A stretch of DNA of 64,000 bases from an uncultured Gemmatimonadales bacterium (GTDB lineage: Bacteria; Gemmatimonadota; Gemmatimonadetes; Longimicrobiales; Longimicrobiaceae). Shown here piece by piece: positions 38,606 to 48,171 of the stretch (position 1 is the first letter of the stretch; the number at the start of each line of letters is the position of its first letter). The notes under the pieces are model-generated. The model saw nothing but the letters and a program-made list of their open reading frames with translations. It searched no databases and was not told the origin of the DNA. The position numbers and the translations under genes are program-made. Location of the stretch: the NCBI GenBank assembly GCA_963716255.1, contig OY970303.1, positions 3,264,001 to 3,328,000 of the forward strand. The letters run 5' to 3'.

Positions 38606-40270
38606 ATGGCGAAACCGGTACTGCTGACGGTGGACGACGACCCGGACGTGCTGCGGGCCGTGGAGCGCGACCTGCGGCGCCGCTTCGGCGGGGAGTTCCG
38701 CGTGCTGCGGGCGGACGGCGGGGAGAGCGCGCTGGAGGCGCTGCGGCAGGTGAAGCAGCGCGGCGACGAGGTGGCGCTCTTCCTGGTGGACCAGCGGATG
38801 CCGCGGATGAACGGGGTGGAGATGCTGGAAAAGGCCATCCCCATGTTCCCGGAGGCGAAGCGGGTGCTGCTGACCGCCTACGCGGACACGGACGCGGCGA
38901 TCCGCGCCATCAACGACACCCACGTGGACCACTACCTCCTCAAGCCGTGGGACCCGCCGGAGGAGCTGCTGTACCCGGTGCTGGAGGACCTGCTGGAGGA
39001 CTGGCGCGGCAACCGCAAGCCCGTGCCGCTGGAAGGGGTGCGCCTGGTGGGGCACCGCTGGTCGCCGCGGGCGCACGCGCTCAAGGACTTCCTGGCCCGC
39101 AACGGCGTGCCCTACACCTGGCTGGACGTGGAGGCCGGCACCGAGGGGTGCGACCTGCTGGAGCAGACGGGGATGGCGGACGCCCGGCTGCCGGTGGTGC
39201 TCCTCCCGGACGGGCCGCCGCTGGAGGACCCGGAGATCACTGCGCTGGCGGGGCGGGTGGGCTTCCAGATGAAGCCGGAGCTCCCCTTCTACGACCTGGC
39301 CATCGTGGGCGGAGGGCCGTCCGGCCTGGCGGCGGCGGTGTACGGCGCCAGCGAGGGGCTGCGTACCCTGCTCATCGAGCGGGAAGCGCCGGGCGGGCAG
39401 GCGGGGCAGAGCTCGCGCATCGAGAACTACCTGGGCTTTCCCTCCGGGCTCTCGGGGGCGGACCTGGCGCGGCGGGCGGTGGCGCAGGCGCGCAAGTTCG
39501 GGGTGGAGATCCTGAGCCCGCTGGAGGTGTGCGGGCTGCGGGTGGACGGCCCCTACCGCCACCTGCAGATGCGCGACGGGAGCGAGATCTCCTGCCACTC
39601 GCTGATCATCACCTCGGGGGTGTCGTACCGGAAGCTGGAGGCGCCCGGCATCGACCGGCTCACGGCGGCGGGGGTGTACTACGGCGCGGCCATGACCGAG
39701 GCGATGAGCTGCAAGGACGTGGGCGTGTACGTGGTGGGCGGGGGGAACTCGGCGGGGCAGGCGGCGATGTTCTTTTCGCGCTACGCCAGCGAGGTCACCA
39801 TCCTGGTGCGCGGCGAGGGGCTGGCCGCCACCATGTCGCGCTACCTCATCGACCAGATCGAGGAGACGCCCACCGTGCGCGTGTCGCCCTTCACGCAGGT
39901 GGTGGAGGCGCACGGCGACGAGCACCTGGAGGCGCTGACCCTGCTGCACACGGACAGCGGCGCCCGCGAAACGGTGCCGGCCACGGCGCTGTTCATCTTC
40001 ATCGGCGCCATGCCGCGCACGGACTGGCTGGAGGGCACGGTGCAGCGCGACCGCTACGGCTTCATCCCCACCGGCGCGGAGCTGCTGCGCGAGGGAAAGC
40101 GCCCGCGCGGGTGGGACGCGGACCGCGAGCCGTTCCTGCTGGAGGCCAGCGTCCCGGGGGTGTTCGCCGCGGGCGACGTGCGCGCCGGCTCGGTGAAGCG
40201 TGTGGCCTCGGGGGTGGGCGAGGGGGCGATCGCCGTGTCGTTCGTGCACCAGTACCTGGCGCGGCTATGA
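38606..40270 (+). CDS. Response-regulator receiver / thioredoxin-reductase-like fusion
   Basis: VDDD, DQRMP, LTAY, KPW receiver; GGGPSG, IENYLGFP, GGGNSA, FAAGD. Confidence 0.92.
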   Translation: MAKPVLLTVDDDPDVLRAVERDLRRRFGGEFRVLRADGGESALEALRQVKQRGDEVALFLVDQRMPRMNGVEMLEKAIPMFPEAKRVLLTAYADTDAAIRAINDTHVDHYLLKPWDPPEELLYPVLEDLLEDWRGNRKPVPLEGVRLVGHRWSPRAHALKDFLARNGVPYTWLDVEAGTEGCDLLEQTGMADARLPVVLLPDGPPLEDPEITALAGRVGFQMKPELPFYDLAIVGGGPSGLAAAVYGASEGLRTLLIEREAPGGQAGQSSRIENYLGFPSGLSGADLARRAVAQARKFGVEILSPLEVCGLRVDGPYRHLQMRDGSEISCHSLIITSGVSYRKLEAPGIDRLTAAGVYYGAAMTEAMSCKDVGVYVVGGGNSAGQAAMFFSRYASEVTILVRGEGLAATMSRYLIDQIEETPTVRVSPFTQVVEAHGDEHLEALTLLHTDSGARETVPATALFIFIGAMPRTDWLEGTVQRDRYGFIPTGAELLREGKRPRGWDADREPFLLEASVPGVFAAGDVRAGSVKRVASGVGEGAIAVSFVHQYLARL

Positions 40271-41640
40271 AGCCCATCCCCTCGGACCCGGGGCTGCTGC
40301 GCGCCGTCACGGTGCTGGCGGACCTCCCGGACGCGGACCTGGAGTGGCTGGCGGCCCACGGCACCTGGCTGGAGTACGAGCACGGCGAGGTGGCGAACCG
40401 CGCCGGCTCCCCGGCGGATTCCATGGTGCTGCTGCTGGAGGGCGAGCTCCAGGCGCGCCGCCCGGAAACGGGCGACGAGGTGGTCTTCCGCGCCGGGGCG
40501 GGGGAGGTCACGGCGCTGCTCCCCTTTTCCCGCATGACGCACTTCGTGGCGGAGACGCGCGCCTTCGGGACCACGCGCCTGGTGCGCATTCCGCGCGAGG
40601 TGTTCCCGGAGATGCTGCGCGCCATTCCGGTGCTGGAAGAGCGGCTGGTGGCGCTGATGACGGACCGCGTGCGCGAGACCACCCGCCGCGACCAGCAGCG
40701 CGAGAAGCTGATGGCGCTGGGGCGCCTCTCGGCCGGGCTGGCGCACGAGCTCAACAACCCGGCCTCCGCCGCGGTGCGCGCCGCGCACGACCTGGCGGGC
40801 GCTCTCTCGGACGCGCAGCGTCGCACCGCGGTGCTGGCGGAGCGGCTGGGCGTGCAGGGGGTGCTCGCGCTGGAGGAGCACCTGCGCGGCCTGGAGCCGC
40901 CCCCCGCGGCGGACCCGCTGGCGCGCAGCGACCAGGAGGAGCGGGTGGCGGAGTGGCTGGAGGCGCACGGCGCGGCGGAGGGGTGGGAGTGGGCGCCCAC
41001 GCTGGTGGAGGCGGGGGTGGACAACGCCTGCCTGGTGGAGATGGAGGAGGACTCGGACGGGGCGCTCACGGAAACGCTGGGGTGGCTGGAGGCCACGCTG
41101 CGGGTGCGGCAGCTGCTGCACGCGGTGGAGGGGAGCACGGGGCGCATCTCCGCCCTGGTGAAGGCGGTGAAGAGCTACACCTACATGGACCAGGCGGCGC
41201 GCAAGGAGGTGGACCTGCACGAGGGGCTGGAAAGCACGCTCACGCTGCTGGGCCACAAGCTGCGCGGCATCGAGGTGAAGCGCGACTACCGCCGCGACCT
41301 CCCGCGCGTCCCCGCCTACGGAGGCGACCTGAACCAGGTGTGGACCAACCTGATCGACAACGCCGCCGACGCCATGGGCGGCTCGGGGACGCTGCGAGTG
41401 CGCACCGGCGCGGAGAACGGCCGGGTCCTGGTGGAGATCGCCGACACGGGCCCCGGGATCCCGCCGGACGTGATGGGGCGCATGTGGGACCCGTTCTTCA
41501 CCACCAAGGAGCCCGGCAAGGGCACCGGCCTGGGGCTGGAGATCGCCCGCCGCATCGTGGAGGAAAAGCACGGCGGCGAGATCGAGGTGGAGTCGCGCCC
41601 GGGGGAAACGAAGTTCTGCGTGTGGCTGCCGATGGAGTGA
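40267..41640 (+). CDS. Cyclic-nucleotide-binding-domain sensor histidine kinase
   Basis: N-terminal cNMP-like fold; AHELNNP, NLIDNA, DTGPGI, FFTTK, GTGLGL. Confidence 0.92.
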   Translation: MKPIPSDPGLLRAVTVLADLPDADLEWLAAHGTWLEYEHGEVANRAGSPADSMVLLLEGELQARRPETGDEVVFRAGAGEVTALLPFSRMTHFVAETRAFGTTRLVRIPREVFPEMLRAIPVLEERLVALMTDRVRETTRRDQQREKLMALGRLSAGLAHELNNPASAAVRAAHDLAGALSDAQRRTAVLAERLGVQGVLALEEHLRGLEPPPAADPLARSDQEERVAEWLEAHGAAEGWEWAPTLVEAGVDNACLVEMEEDSDGALTETLGWLEATLRVRQLLHAVEGSTGRISALVKAVKSYTYMDQAARKEVDLHEGLESTLTLLGHKLRGIEVKRDYRRDLPRVPAYGGDLNQVWTNLIDNAADAMGGSGTLRVRTGAENGRVLVEIADTGPGIPPDVMGRMWDPFFTTKEPGKGTGLGLEIARRIVEEKHGGEIEVESRPGETKFCVWLPME

Positions 41641-41702
41641 CGAAGGGAAGAGCGAAAGTGCTCGAGTGCGAAGGTGCGGGGACCTGAAACGGAGAGGGTG
41701 GG

Positions 41703-41969
41703 ATGAAGAAGTGTACGCACACGGACCAGATGGACCCGGACGTCCGGCCGCGGACGCCGGACGGCTGCGAGGAGTGCCTGAAGTCGGGCAGTTGGTGGGT
41801 GCACCTGCGCCTGTGCGAGACGTGCGGCCACGTGGGGTGCTGCGACTCGTCGCCCAACAAGCACGCTACTAAGCACTTTCACGCCAGCGGTCACCCCATC
41901 GTGCAGTCGTTCGAGCCGGGGGAGGACTGGCGCTGGTGCTACGTCGACGAGGTGGAAGTCCAGGTGTGA
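41703..41969 (+). CDS. UBP-type zinc-finger protein
   Basis: CTH, CEEC, HLRLCETCGHVGCCDSS, HATKH, WCYVD. Confidence 0.92.
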   Translation: MKKCTHTDQMDPDVRPRTPDGCEECLKSGSWWVHLRLCETCGHVGCCDSSPNKHATKHFHASGHPIVQSFEPGEDWRWCYVDEVEVQV

Positions 41970-41992
41970 GGAGATCTTCGAGTGTCGTGGAC

Positions 41993-42170
41993 GGGCCGCT
42001 CCGGAGCCGGACGATACTGCCGTCCGTCTCCTGCGCGGGCTCCGGGAGCCTCCTCGGTCGGCACGGAACTGCTGTGCCGACGCTGCGGGGTCTCCCTCCG
42101 CCGGGGGGAGCCTCGCCAAACAGCCGGCGAGTCTCCCCCCGAACAGATTCTGGGGGGTACTGCGGGGAAC
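41993..42170 (+). repeat. Structured repeat family B copy (extended middle arm)
   Basis: 23 nt after stop; middle stem GTCGGCAC/GTGCCGAC. Confidence 0.9.
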
Positions 42171-42184
42171 GGCGAACGGCGGGC

Positions 42185-42225
42185 CCCCTCCCCCCGGCCC
42201 CCTCCCCCGCAAGCGGGAGAGGGGG
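42185..42225. repeat. REP-like repeat D
   Basis: CCCTCCCCCCGGCCCCCTCCCCCGCAAGCGGGAGAGGGGG. Confidence 0.75.
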
Positions 42226-42305
42226 AGCACGGCACGCCGTCCTCCGGTGTGTAGCGTAACTCCGTACTTCACTTCCATGTTCTTCCTTTTTGCGTCGGAG
42301 GCCGC

Positions 42306-42800
42306 ATGACGCCGGCGAAGCGGCTCAACGTGAGTGCGGGGCTCCTGCTCTTCCGGCGCGGCGAGGCGGGGGTGGAGGTGTTCCTTGCGCATCCCGGCGG
42401 CCCGTTCTGGGCCGGGCGCGACGAAGGCGCCTGGACCATCCCCAAGGGGGTGGTGGAGGAGGGCGAGGACGCGCTGGACGCGGCGCGCCGCGAGTTCGAG
42501 GAGGAGACGGGGCTGGTGCCGCGCGGTCCCTTTCTCCCGCTCGGCAGCATCCGCCAGAAGGCGGGGAAGACGGTGCACGCCTGGGCCTGGGAGGGCGACG
42601 CGGACCCGGACGCCGTGCGCAGCAACACCATGCGCACCGAGTGGCCGCGAAGCTCCGGCCGCTGGATCACCTTTCCCGAGGTGGACCGCTGCGCCTGGTT
42701 CGAACCGGCGACGGCGCGCGCGAAGATGAATGCCGCCCAGGCGGAGCTCGTGGACCGGCTGGAGGCGCTGCTGGAAGGGACGGAAGGGAACAGGGAATAG
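42306..42800 (+). CDS. NUDIX hydrolase
   Basis: HPGGPFW, PKG...AARREFEEETG, FPEVDR. Confidence 0.92.
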   Translation: MTPAKRLNVSAGLLLFRRGEAGVEVFLAHPGGPFWAGRDEGAWTIPKGVVEEGEDALDAARREFEEETGLVPRGPFLPLGSIRQKAGKTVHAWAWEGDADPDAVRSNTMRTEWPRSSGRWITFPEVDRCAWFEPATARAKMNAAQAELVDRLEALLEGTEGNRE

Positions 42801-42811
42801 GGAACGGCCTG

Positions 42812-42976
42812 CTTCATTCGGTTCACGCGCAGCGTGAAGCGCCACGACGACGATCCCCTCCCCCGGCCCCTCCCCGCAAGGGGGAGGGGAGAACGACACG
42901 GTGGATGGGAGCGCCAGCATGGAGATTCCCCTCCCCCGGAACGGGGGAGGGTGGCGAGCCTCAAGCGAGCCGGGTG
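42812..42976. repeat. Cluster of repeats E, D and C
   Basis: E at 42812-42844, D at about 42856-42890, C (reverse) at 42929-42976. Confidence 0.8.
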
Positions 42977-43005
42977 GGGGCCCCCGCGGACGCCAGCGCG
43001 GGCCC

Positions 43006-43135
43006 CGCGTGAGGGATTCCGGCCCGAAGGGGCGAGACCCGGCGGCAGTTTGCCGGGGCTCGACTCCGTTGGGCTGCGTTGTTTGCAGCCCTACGGAGCC
43101 GAAGCCCGACCCCGGCGCCAGCCGGGGGCACGCCC
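43006..43135 (-). repeat. Structured repeat family A copy
   Basis: 43 nt after the DyP stop. Confidence 0.95.
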
Positions 43136-43178
43136 AACCCCGCCGTTCAAGCCGTCCATCCGTCCGCTTACGGCAAGA

Positions 43179-44597
43179 TCACGACGTGGCCGCGGGAAGC
43201 GTGGCGAGATACCTGAGGCCGGAGATGCTGGGAAAGAACACGTAGGCGCCGCCGCGCGTGTCGATCATCCGCGAGAACCCGGTCACGACCGCGTTCTTGG
43301 GCTCGACGGGAAGGGTGAACGAGCTGGTGGAGGGGTCGTTCACGCCCAGGAACACGTCCTCGCCGCTGATGTTGTTCACGGCGTTCCCGGGCGGCTGCCC
43401 GCCCGGCGCCTTCGCCGACTTCACGAAGGTGGAGGAAAGCGCCCACTGGCCCTGGATGAACTGGAACTGGTTGAAGATGCTGGCGTTGATGAAGTAGCCG
43501 ATGAGCCCGCGCGGCACGCTGGTGGGGCTCGCGGGATCGTACGCGGGGCCGTACGGCATGGCGCGGCGCGTGATGCGGTGGTGCGTGGAGTCGGTGCCGG
43601 TCACGGCCATGTTGCGCGGGTTGGTACGCCGGATGTGCGAGCCGATGGGGCAGCGCAGCCCCAGCGTGTCGTCCTGGGAGGGATTGGCCGTGTCCACGTA
43701 GGTGAAGTCGTTCAGCTGGTCGGCGGGGAGGCACGTGCCGGGGTCGTCGGGCATGAGCTCCAGCGGGTTCCCGTTGCGCCAGCGGCCGCACGCCTTGGCG
43801 GCCAGCATCTCCGGGGTGACGCCGGCCTGCGGGGCGAAATCCTGGAGGAACGCTTCGAAGCCGACCACGTCCTGCTCCAGGATGCGGAACGCGGCGTAGC
43901 TGCTGTTGGTGGAAAGCTGGGCGGGCTGCACGGAGTACGTGCCGCCGGAGGCGTTGGGGTAGCCGAGCAGGAACTCGCCCGTGGGCACCACCGGCTGGTC
44001 GTCGGGGATGCTGTGCTTGCGCGGCGGCGCGCCCTGCACCGTGGGCTGCGCGATGTTGTCGCGGTAGCCGAAGTGCACGTGATTGTCGGGGAGCGCGGTG
44101 GCGTCGTGGAACAGCAGCTCGCTCATCCCCGCCGCGAAGGCCGCCCGCAGCTGTGCGGAGACGCGCTCCAGCACCGCCGGGTCCTCGTGCACCCACAGGC
44201 TGAGCACCACGTGCGCGTCCTGCCACGTGGCGATGCCGCCCAGCCAGTTCGCGGGCGCGCTGCCGCCGGTGTCGCCCACGACGGAAGCCACGGCGTCGCT
44301 GGTGGCGCCGGCCAGGAAGGCGGGGTCGAAGCTCTGCAGCTGCGTCTGGGTGACCCCCAGAGCCGCCAGCCCGGGGGCGGTGAACGCGATGTTGACGAAG
44401 CACTCCGGCTTGTCTCGCCAGCGCCGCGCCGTGGTGATCCTGGGCACGCCGCCGGTGCCGTCCACCAGGTTGCCGATGAAGGCGCCGGCGGCCGCGGCGT
44501 CGGTGACGCGGAGGATGAAGTGCCGGGCCAGGTCCACGCGGTAGCCCCGCAGGATGGTGCCCTGCACGTCGGCGTAGTCGATCTCGGGGGTCGCCAT
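43179..44597 (-). CDS. Dye-decolorising (DyP-type) peroxidase
   Basis: DVQG, HFGYRDNIAQP, GEFLLGY, GRWRNG, SHIRRTNPR, RRAMPYG, GGAYVFFPS. Confidence 0.9.
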   Translation of the reverse strand: MATPEIDYADVQGTILRGYRVDLARHFILRVTDAAAAGAFIGNLVDGTGGVPRITTARRWRDKPECFVNIAFTAPGLAALGVTQTQLQSFDPAFLAGATSDAVASVVGDTGGSAPANWLGGIATWQDAHVVLSLWVHEDPAVLERVSAQLRAAFAAGMSELLFHDATALPDNHVHFGYRDNIAQPTVQGAPPRKHSIPDDQPVVPTGEFLLGYPNASGGTYSVQPAQLSTNSSYAAFRILEQDVVGFEAFLQDFAPQAGVTPEMLAAKACGRWRNGNPLELMPDDPGTCLPADQLNDFTYVDTANPSQDDTLGLRCPIGSHIRRTNPRNMAVTGTDSTHHRITRRAMPYGPAYDPASPTSVPRGLIGYFINASIFNQFQFIQGQWALSSTFVKSAKAPGGQPPGNAVNNISGEDVFLGVNDPSTSSFTLPVEPKNAVVTGFSRMIDTRGGAYVFFPSISGLRYLATLPAATS

Positions 44598-44660
44598 GGG
44601 GGAGAGGGGACGGGGGAGGGAGGGGGAGCGCCCGCCGGGTGCGGGCGCTCCGCGCGAGCG

Positions 44661-45110
44661 TCAGAAGGCGGCGAGGATCTGCTGCACCGTCTGGGGATAC
44701 GCCTGGTACAGCCCCTCGTTGGGCTGGTGCTGCGACGCGTCGTTCGCCGCCACGAAGGCGTTGAAGGCGGCGACGTTGTTCGCCACGGGGATGAGCGCCT
44801 GGCCCCCCACCACGAACTGGAGCAGCGCGTCGAACACCTGCCCGATCTGCGCGACGAAGTCGCCGATGTACGCCTGGAAGCTGCCGTCGTACTCCGTGAT
44901 CACCGCCAGCACCATCTCGTTCAACGGCGTGGTGCCGGGCTGGAGGTTGGCCGTGGACCGGTCCAGCAGCAGGAACCGGGCGTAGTGCACCGTGCCGATG
45001 GAGGTGAGCGCGGTGTCGATCTCGGTCTGGTACTTCGCCAGCGTCCCCGCCAGCTCCGTGAGGCTGGTGCCGGGGATGATGGGCATCATCAGGGTAAGCG
45101 GACTGGCCAT
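44661..45110 (-). CDS. Small DyP-associated hypothetical protein (HYARF motif)
   Basis: GGAG RBS; GTVHYARF, TEYDGSFQAYI, AYPQTVQQI. Confidence 0.8.
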   Translation of the reverse strand: MASPLTLMMPIIPGTSLTELAGTLAKYQTEIDTALTSIGTVHYARFLLLDRSTANLQPGTTPLNEMVLAVITEYDGSFQAYIGDFVAQIGQVFDALLQFVVGGQALIPVANNVAAFNAFVAANDASQHQPNEGLYQAYPQTVQQILAAF

Positions 45111-45280
45111 GGGGTGTCTCCGGAACCGGGTGGGAACCAAGGAAGGAACGGGAAGGACCGCGAGAGCGGACGGCACTTCGCGCCGCCTCCGCCGCGATCC
45201 GGGCAACAGGATACCTGCCCCCCCGGCCGGGAGTCAATCTTTTCAAGACATTTACGGCGGGATTCGGCCCGGCGGACTCT

Positions 45281-45328
45281 CACCCGGCGGCCTTAGAGCC
45301 GCCACCCTCTCCCAATTCCGGGAGAGGG
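45281..45328. repeat. REP-like repeat C
   Basis: CACCCGGCGGCCTTAGAGCCGCCACCCTCTCCCAATTCCGGGAGAGGG. Confidence 0.8.
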
Positions 45329-45362
45329 GGCGACTGCTGGATCTTGAGTACGAGCAGGCAGT

Positions 45363-45492
45363 TGCGTGAGGGATTCCGGCCCGGAGGGGCGAGACCCGGC
45401 GGCAGTTTGCCGGGGCTCGACTCCGTTGCAAACGGTAGTATCGTTTGCTACGGAGCCGAAGCCCGACCCCGGCGTCAGCCGGGGGCACGCCC
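45363..45492 (-). repeat. Structured repeat family A copy
   Basis: Variable stem GCAAACG/CGTTTGC. Confidence 0.95.
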
Positions 45493-45515
45493 GAGCCCGG
45501 TTGTAGAAAATCCGT

Positions 45516-47741
45516 TCAATCCGTAAGTCCGTGCCGCTCCTCCAGCTGCCTCCGCCGCCCCACGTAGGCGCTGAGCAGCAGGAACAGCCCGCCCAGCCCG
45601 GAGAACAGCAGCACCCGCCAGAGCGCTTCCAGCGCGCGCAGGTCCACCAGGAACATCTTGGCGACCAGGAAGAGCAGGGTCAGCTTGGCCACGGACTGGA
45701 GCGTCGCGTAGCCGCGCAGCGTGGCCACCACCAGCAGGGACACGGCGTACACCCCCCACAGCGCGGACACGATCCCCTCGCCGCCCGGCAGCCCCGAGAA
45801 CTCCCGCCAGATCCACTGCATCACCGCGGCGTGCACGGCCAGCCCGTACGCCAGCTTCTCCCGCGCGGGGACGAGCCGCGACGCGGCGAAGGCGCAGGCG
45901 ATCACGGCCAGGTCGGCCAGGCCGCGCGCGCTGAACACCGGCACCGCGCCCGGACGGTCCGCGGCGCGCCCCAGGACGGCGAGCGGGTCGGCCTCCGCCA
46001 GGTGGCGCAGCAGGAGCCCGGCCAGCAGCGCGAACACGGCGTGCGCCACCGGGGCGGCCTCGGTGTCGCCGCGCCGCGCCAGCGCCAGCAGCCCCACGCC
46101 GCCCAGCCCCCACGCCACCGAGGCGAGCGCGGTGCCCTGCGGCAGCACCGCCAGCTCGCGCCACCCCCACAGGAAGAGCGCCGCCAGCGCCGCGCCGCGC
46201 AGCACGCGAGCGGCACGGTCGCGCCCTCCCAGCGAGGCGGCCAGCAGCGCGCCGGCGACCGCCAGGTCGGCAAGGCGCCGCGCCCACGGGAGCGCCGTGC
46301 CGGCGGCGTCCGGCGCGAACACCGCGGCGAGCGGGTTGAAGCCGCCCAGCCGGCCGAGGAAGGCCATCCCCAGCCCGACGAAAACCAGGTGCGCCCACAC
46401 CGCCGCGCCCCGGCCCAGCCCCCGCGCCGCCAGCAGGTGCAGCCCGGCCGCCTCCGCGGCCAGCAGGACGATGCGCGCCTCGCCCTCCGCCCCCACGCCG
46501 GTCCCCAGCGTCAGCAGGATCGCGCCGGCCAGCCCCAGCACCGCGGCCATCCCGCCGCGCCGCTCCCGCGCCCACAGGGCGGCGGCCAGGTAGGCCAGCC
46601 CCAGCAGCGCCGTCCCCGCGCCCCACTGCCGCGCCGTCAGCTCCCACACCGCCGAGGTGAACACCGCCGCCACCAGCGGCGACACGAAGGCGAGCGCGGC
46701 CGGCGCCAGGATTGCCCGGTCGTCCCCCTCGCCGTCCCCGTCCTCCGCCGCGTCCGGGTCCCGCAGCAGGTACAGCGCGGCGGGCAGCACTCCCAGCACG
46801 GCCCACACCAGCACCAGCGCGCCCTGGAGCGCCCAGCGCGCGTCCACGGGGGGCGGCCCGGCGCGCTCGCTCACCACCAGCCCGCTCACCAGGGCCACCC
46901 AGGAGCCCACCCCCGCCGTCAGCAGCGCCGTGTCCCAGCGGCGGCGAGCGTACACGACGCCGTTCCACAGGGCGATGAACGCCACGTACGCGGAGAGCCA
47001 GCCCAGGCTCCCGGTGCGCGGATACAGGAGGAAGGGAGTCCCCACGCCGCCCAGCGTCCCCACGATGGTGAGCAGCGGCTCGTCCTCGCGCAGGGAAAGC
47101 AGGAAGGCGGCGGAGGTGACCGCGGCCATGTACACCAGCGCGGCGGAGCTGGGGATGAGCCCGTAGAGCTGCGAGGCGGCGAAGCCCACCATGTAGAAGG
47201 CGGCGATGCCGCCGCCCAGGAGCACGCGGCTCAGGCTGCGCTGCGTGGCGCGCACGTGCAGCCCCCACGCGGTGAGCGCCACGCTCACGGCGGTGCCGGC
47301 GGCCACGCGCACCACGGGGGTGATCCACCCCTGCTCGATGGAGTACTTGAACAGGAAGGCCACCCCCAGCAGGAGCAGCCCGATCCCCACCTTGCTGAGC
47401 CAGAACTCGCCGTTGAGCACCGGCTGCACCGCGGGCAGCCAGGCGAGCGGCCCGACCGGCTCGCCGTCCGGCTCCGGCGCGCCCCGGGGCGGCTCCGGCG
47501 TGGGGTCGGCGGACGCCGGGGCGGGCGGGACCGCCCGCGCGGCGACGTGCGGCGCGGGCTCCGGGACGGCGGCGGGGGGGCGGACCGGGGCCGGGTGCAC
47601 GCGGGCTGGAGCCGGAGTGTCGAAGGCGGAGCCGGGCGCCACCGCCGCCTCCATGCGGCGGACGGCCTGCTGGAGCTCGTCGACCACGGCTTCCAGGCGC
47701 GACAGGCGCGCTTCCAGCTCGGCGGGGCGGGGCTCGGTCAT
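45516..47741 (-). CDS. DUF2339-like polytopic membrane protein
   Basis: N-terminal coil and Pro linker; WLSKVGIGLLLLGVAFLFKYSI; KMFLVDL. Confidence 0.85.
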   Translation of the reverse strand: MTEPRPAELEARLSRLEAVVDELQQAVRRMEAAVAPGSAFDTPAPARVHPAPVRPPAAVPEPAPHVAARAVPPAPASADPTPEPPRGAPEPDGEPVGPLAWLPAVQPVLNGEFWLSKVGIGLLLLGVAFLFKYSIEQGWITPVVRVAAGTAVSVALTAWGLHVRATQRSLSRVLLGGGIAAFYMVGFAASQLYGLIPSSAALVYMAAVTSAAFLLSLREDEPLLTIVGTLGGVGTPFLLYPRTGSLGWLSAYVAFIALWNGVVYARRRWDTALLTAGVGSWVALVSGLVVSERAGPPPVDARWALQGALVLVWAVLGVLPAALYLLRDPDAAEDGDGEGDDRAILAPAALAFVSPLVAAVFTSAVWELTARQWGAGTALLGLAYLAAALWARERRGGMAAVLGLAGAILLTLGTGVGAEGEARIVLLAAEAAGLHLLAARGLGRGAAVWAHLVFVGLGMAFLGRLGGFNPLAAVFAPDAAGTALPWARRLADLAVAGALLAASLGGRDRAARVLRGAALAALFLWGWRELAVLPQGTALASVAWGLGGVGLLALARRGDTEAAPVAHAVFALLAGLLLRHLAEADPLAVLGRAADRPGAVPVFSARGLADLAVIACAFAASRLVPAREKLAYGLAVHAAVMQWIWREFSGLPGGEGIVSALWGVYAVSLLVVATLRGYATLQSVAKLTLLFLVAKMFLVDLRALEALWRVLLFSGLGGLFLLLSAYVGRRRQLEERHGLTD

Positions 47742-48171
47742 GGCGGGCGGGGGATCGCGGGGAAACGCGCGGGGCTCCGAAAGGTACAGCCGTTCCGGTC
47801 TATCCCTCAAGTGCGCCGCCACTTCGCGAAACGCGCGGGGAATCCCGGACGTCGGCCGGCGGCAGAGGCCCGAAGATCAGACTACCCCCCGGGGGCCACG
47901 CTCTGCATCTTGGTGGCGAAGGCGCAGACCGGACCGCCCCGGCCGGCTGCACCATGGAGAAACAAACGCCGTCTTCCCGCAACTTCCTTCCCGGCTGCGC
48001 CGCGTTCGTCGAGGATCTCCCCGGAGCCAGGCAGCAGAGCAGCCCGTCCAGCCTCCCTGATCGATCCTGCGGACCGCTCCCCCGGTCGTTCCACCTCGGG
48101 CTTCGACGCGAAGCGGGGTCGCCGTGTCGAAAGCCACTGCCGCAGCGACCCCGACAACCGGAGAACCGACC

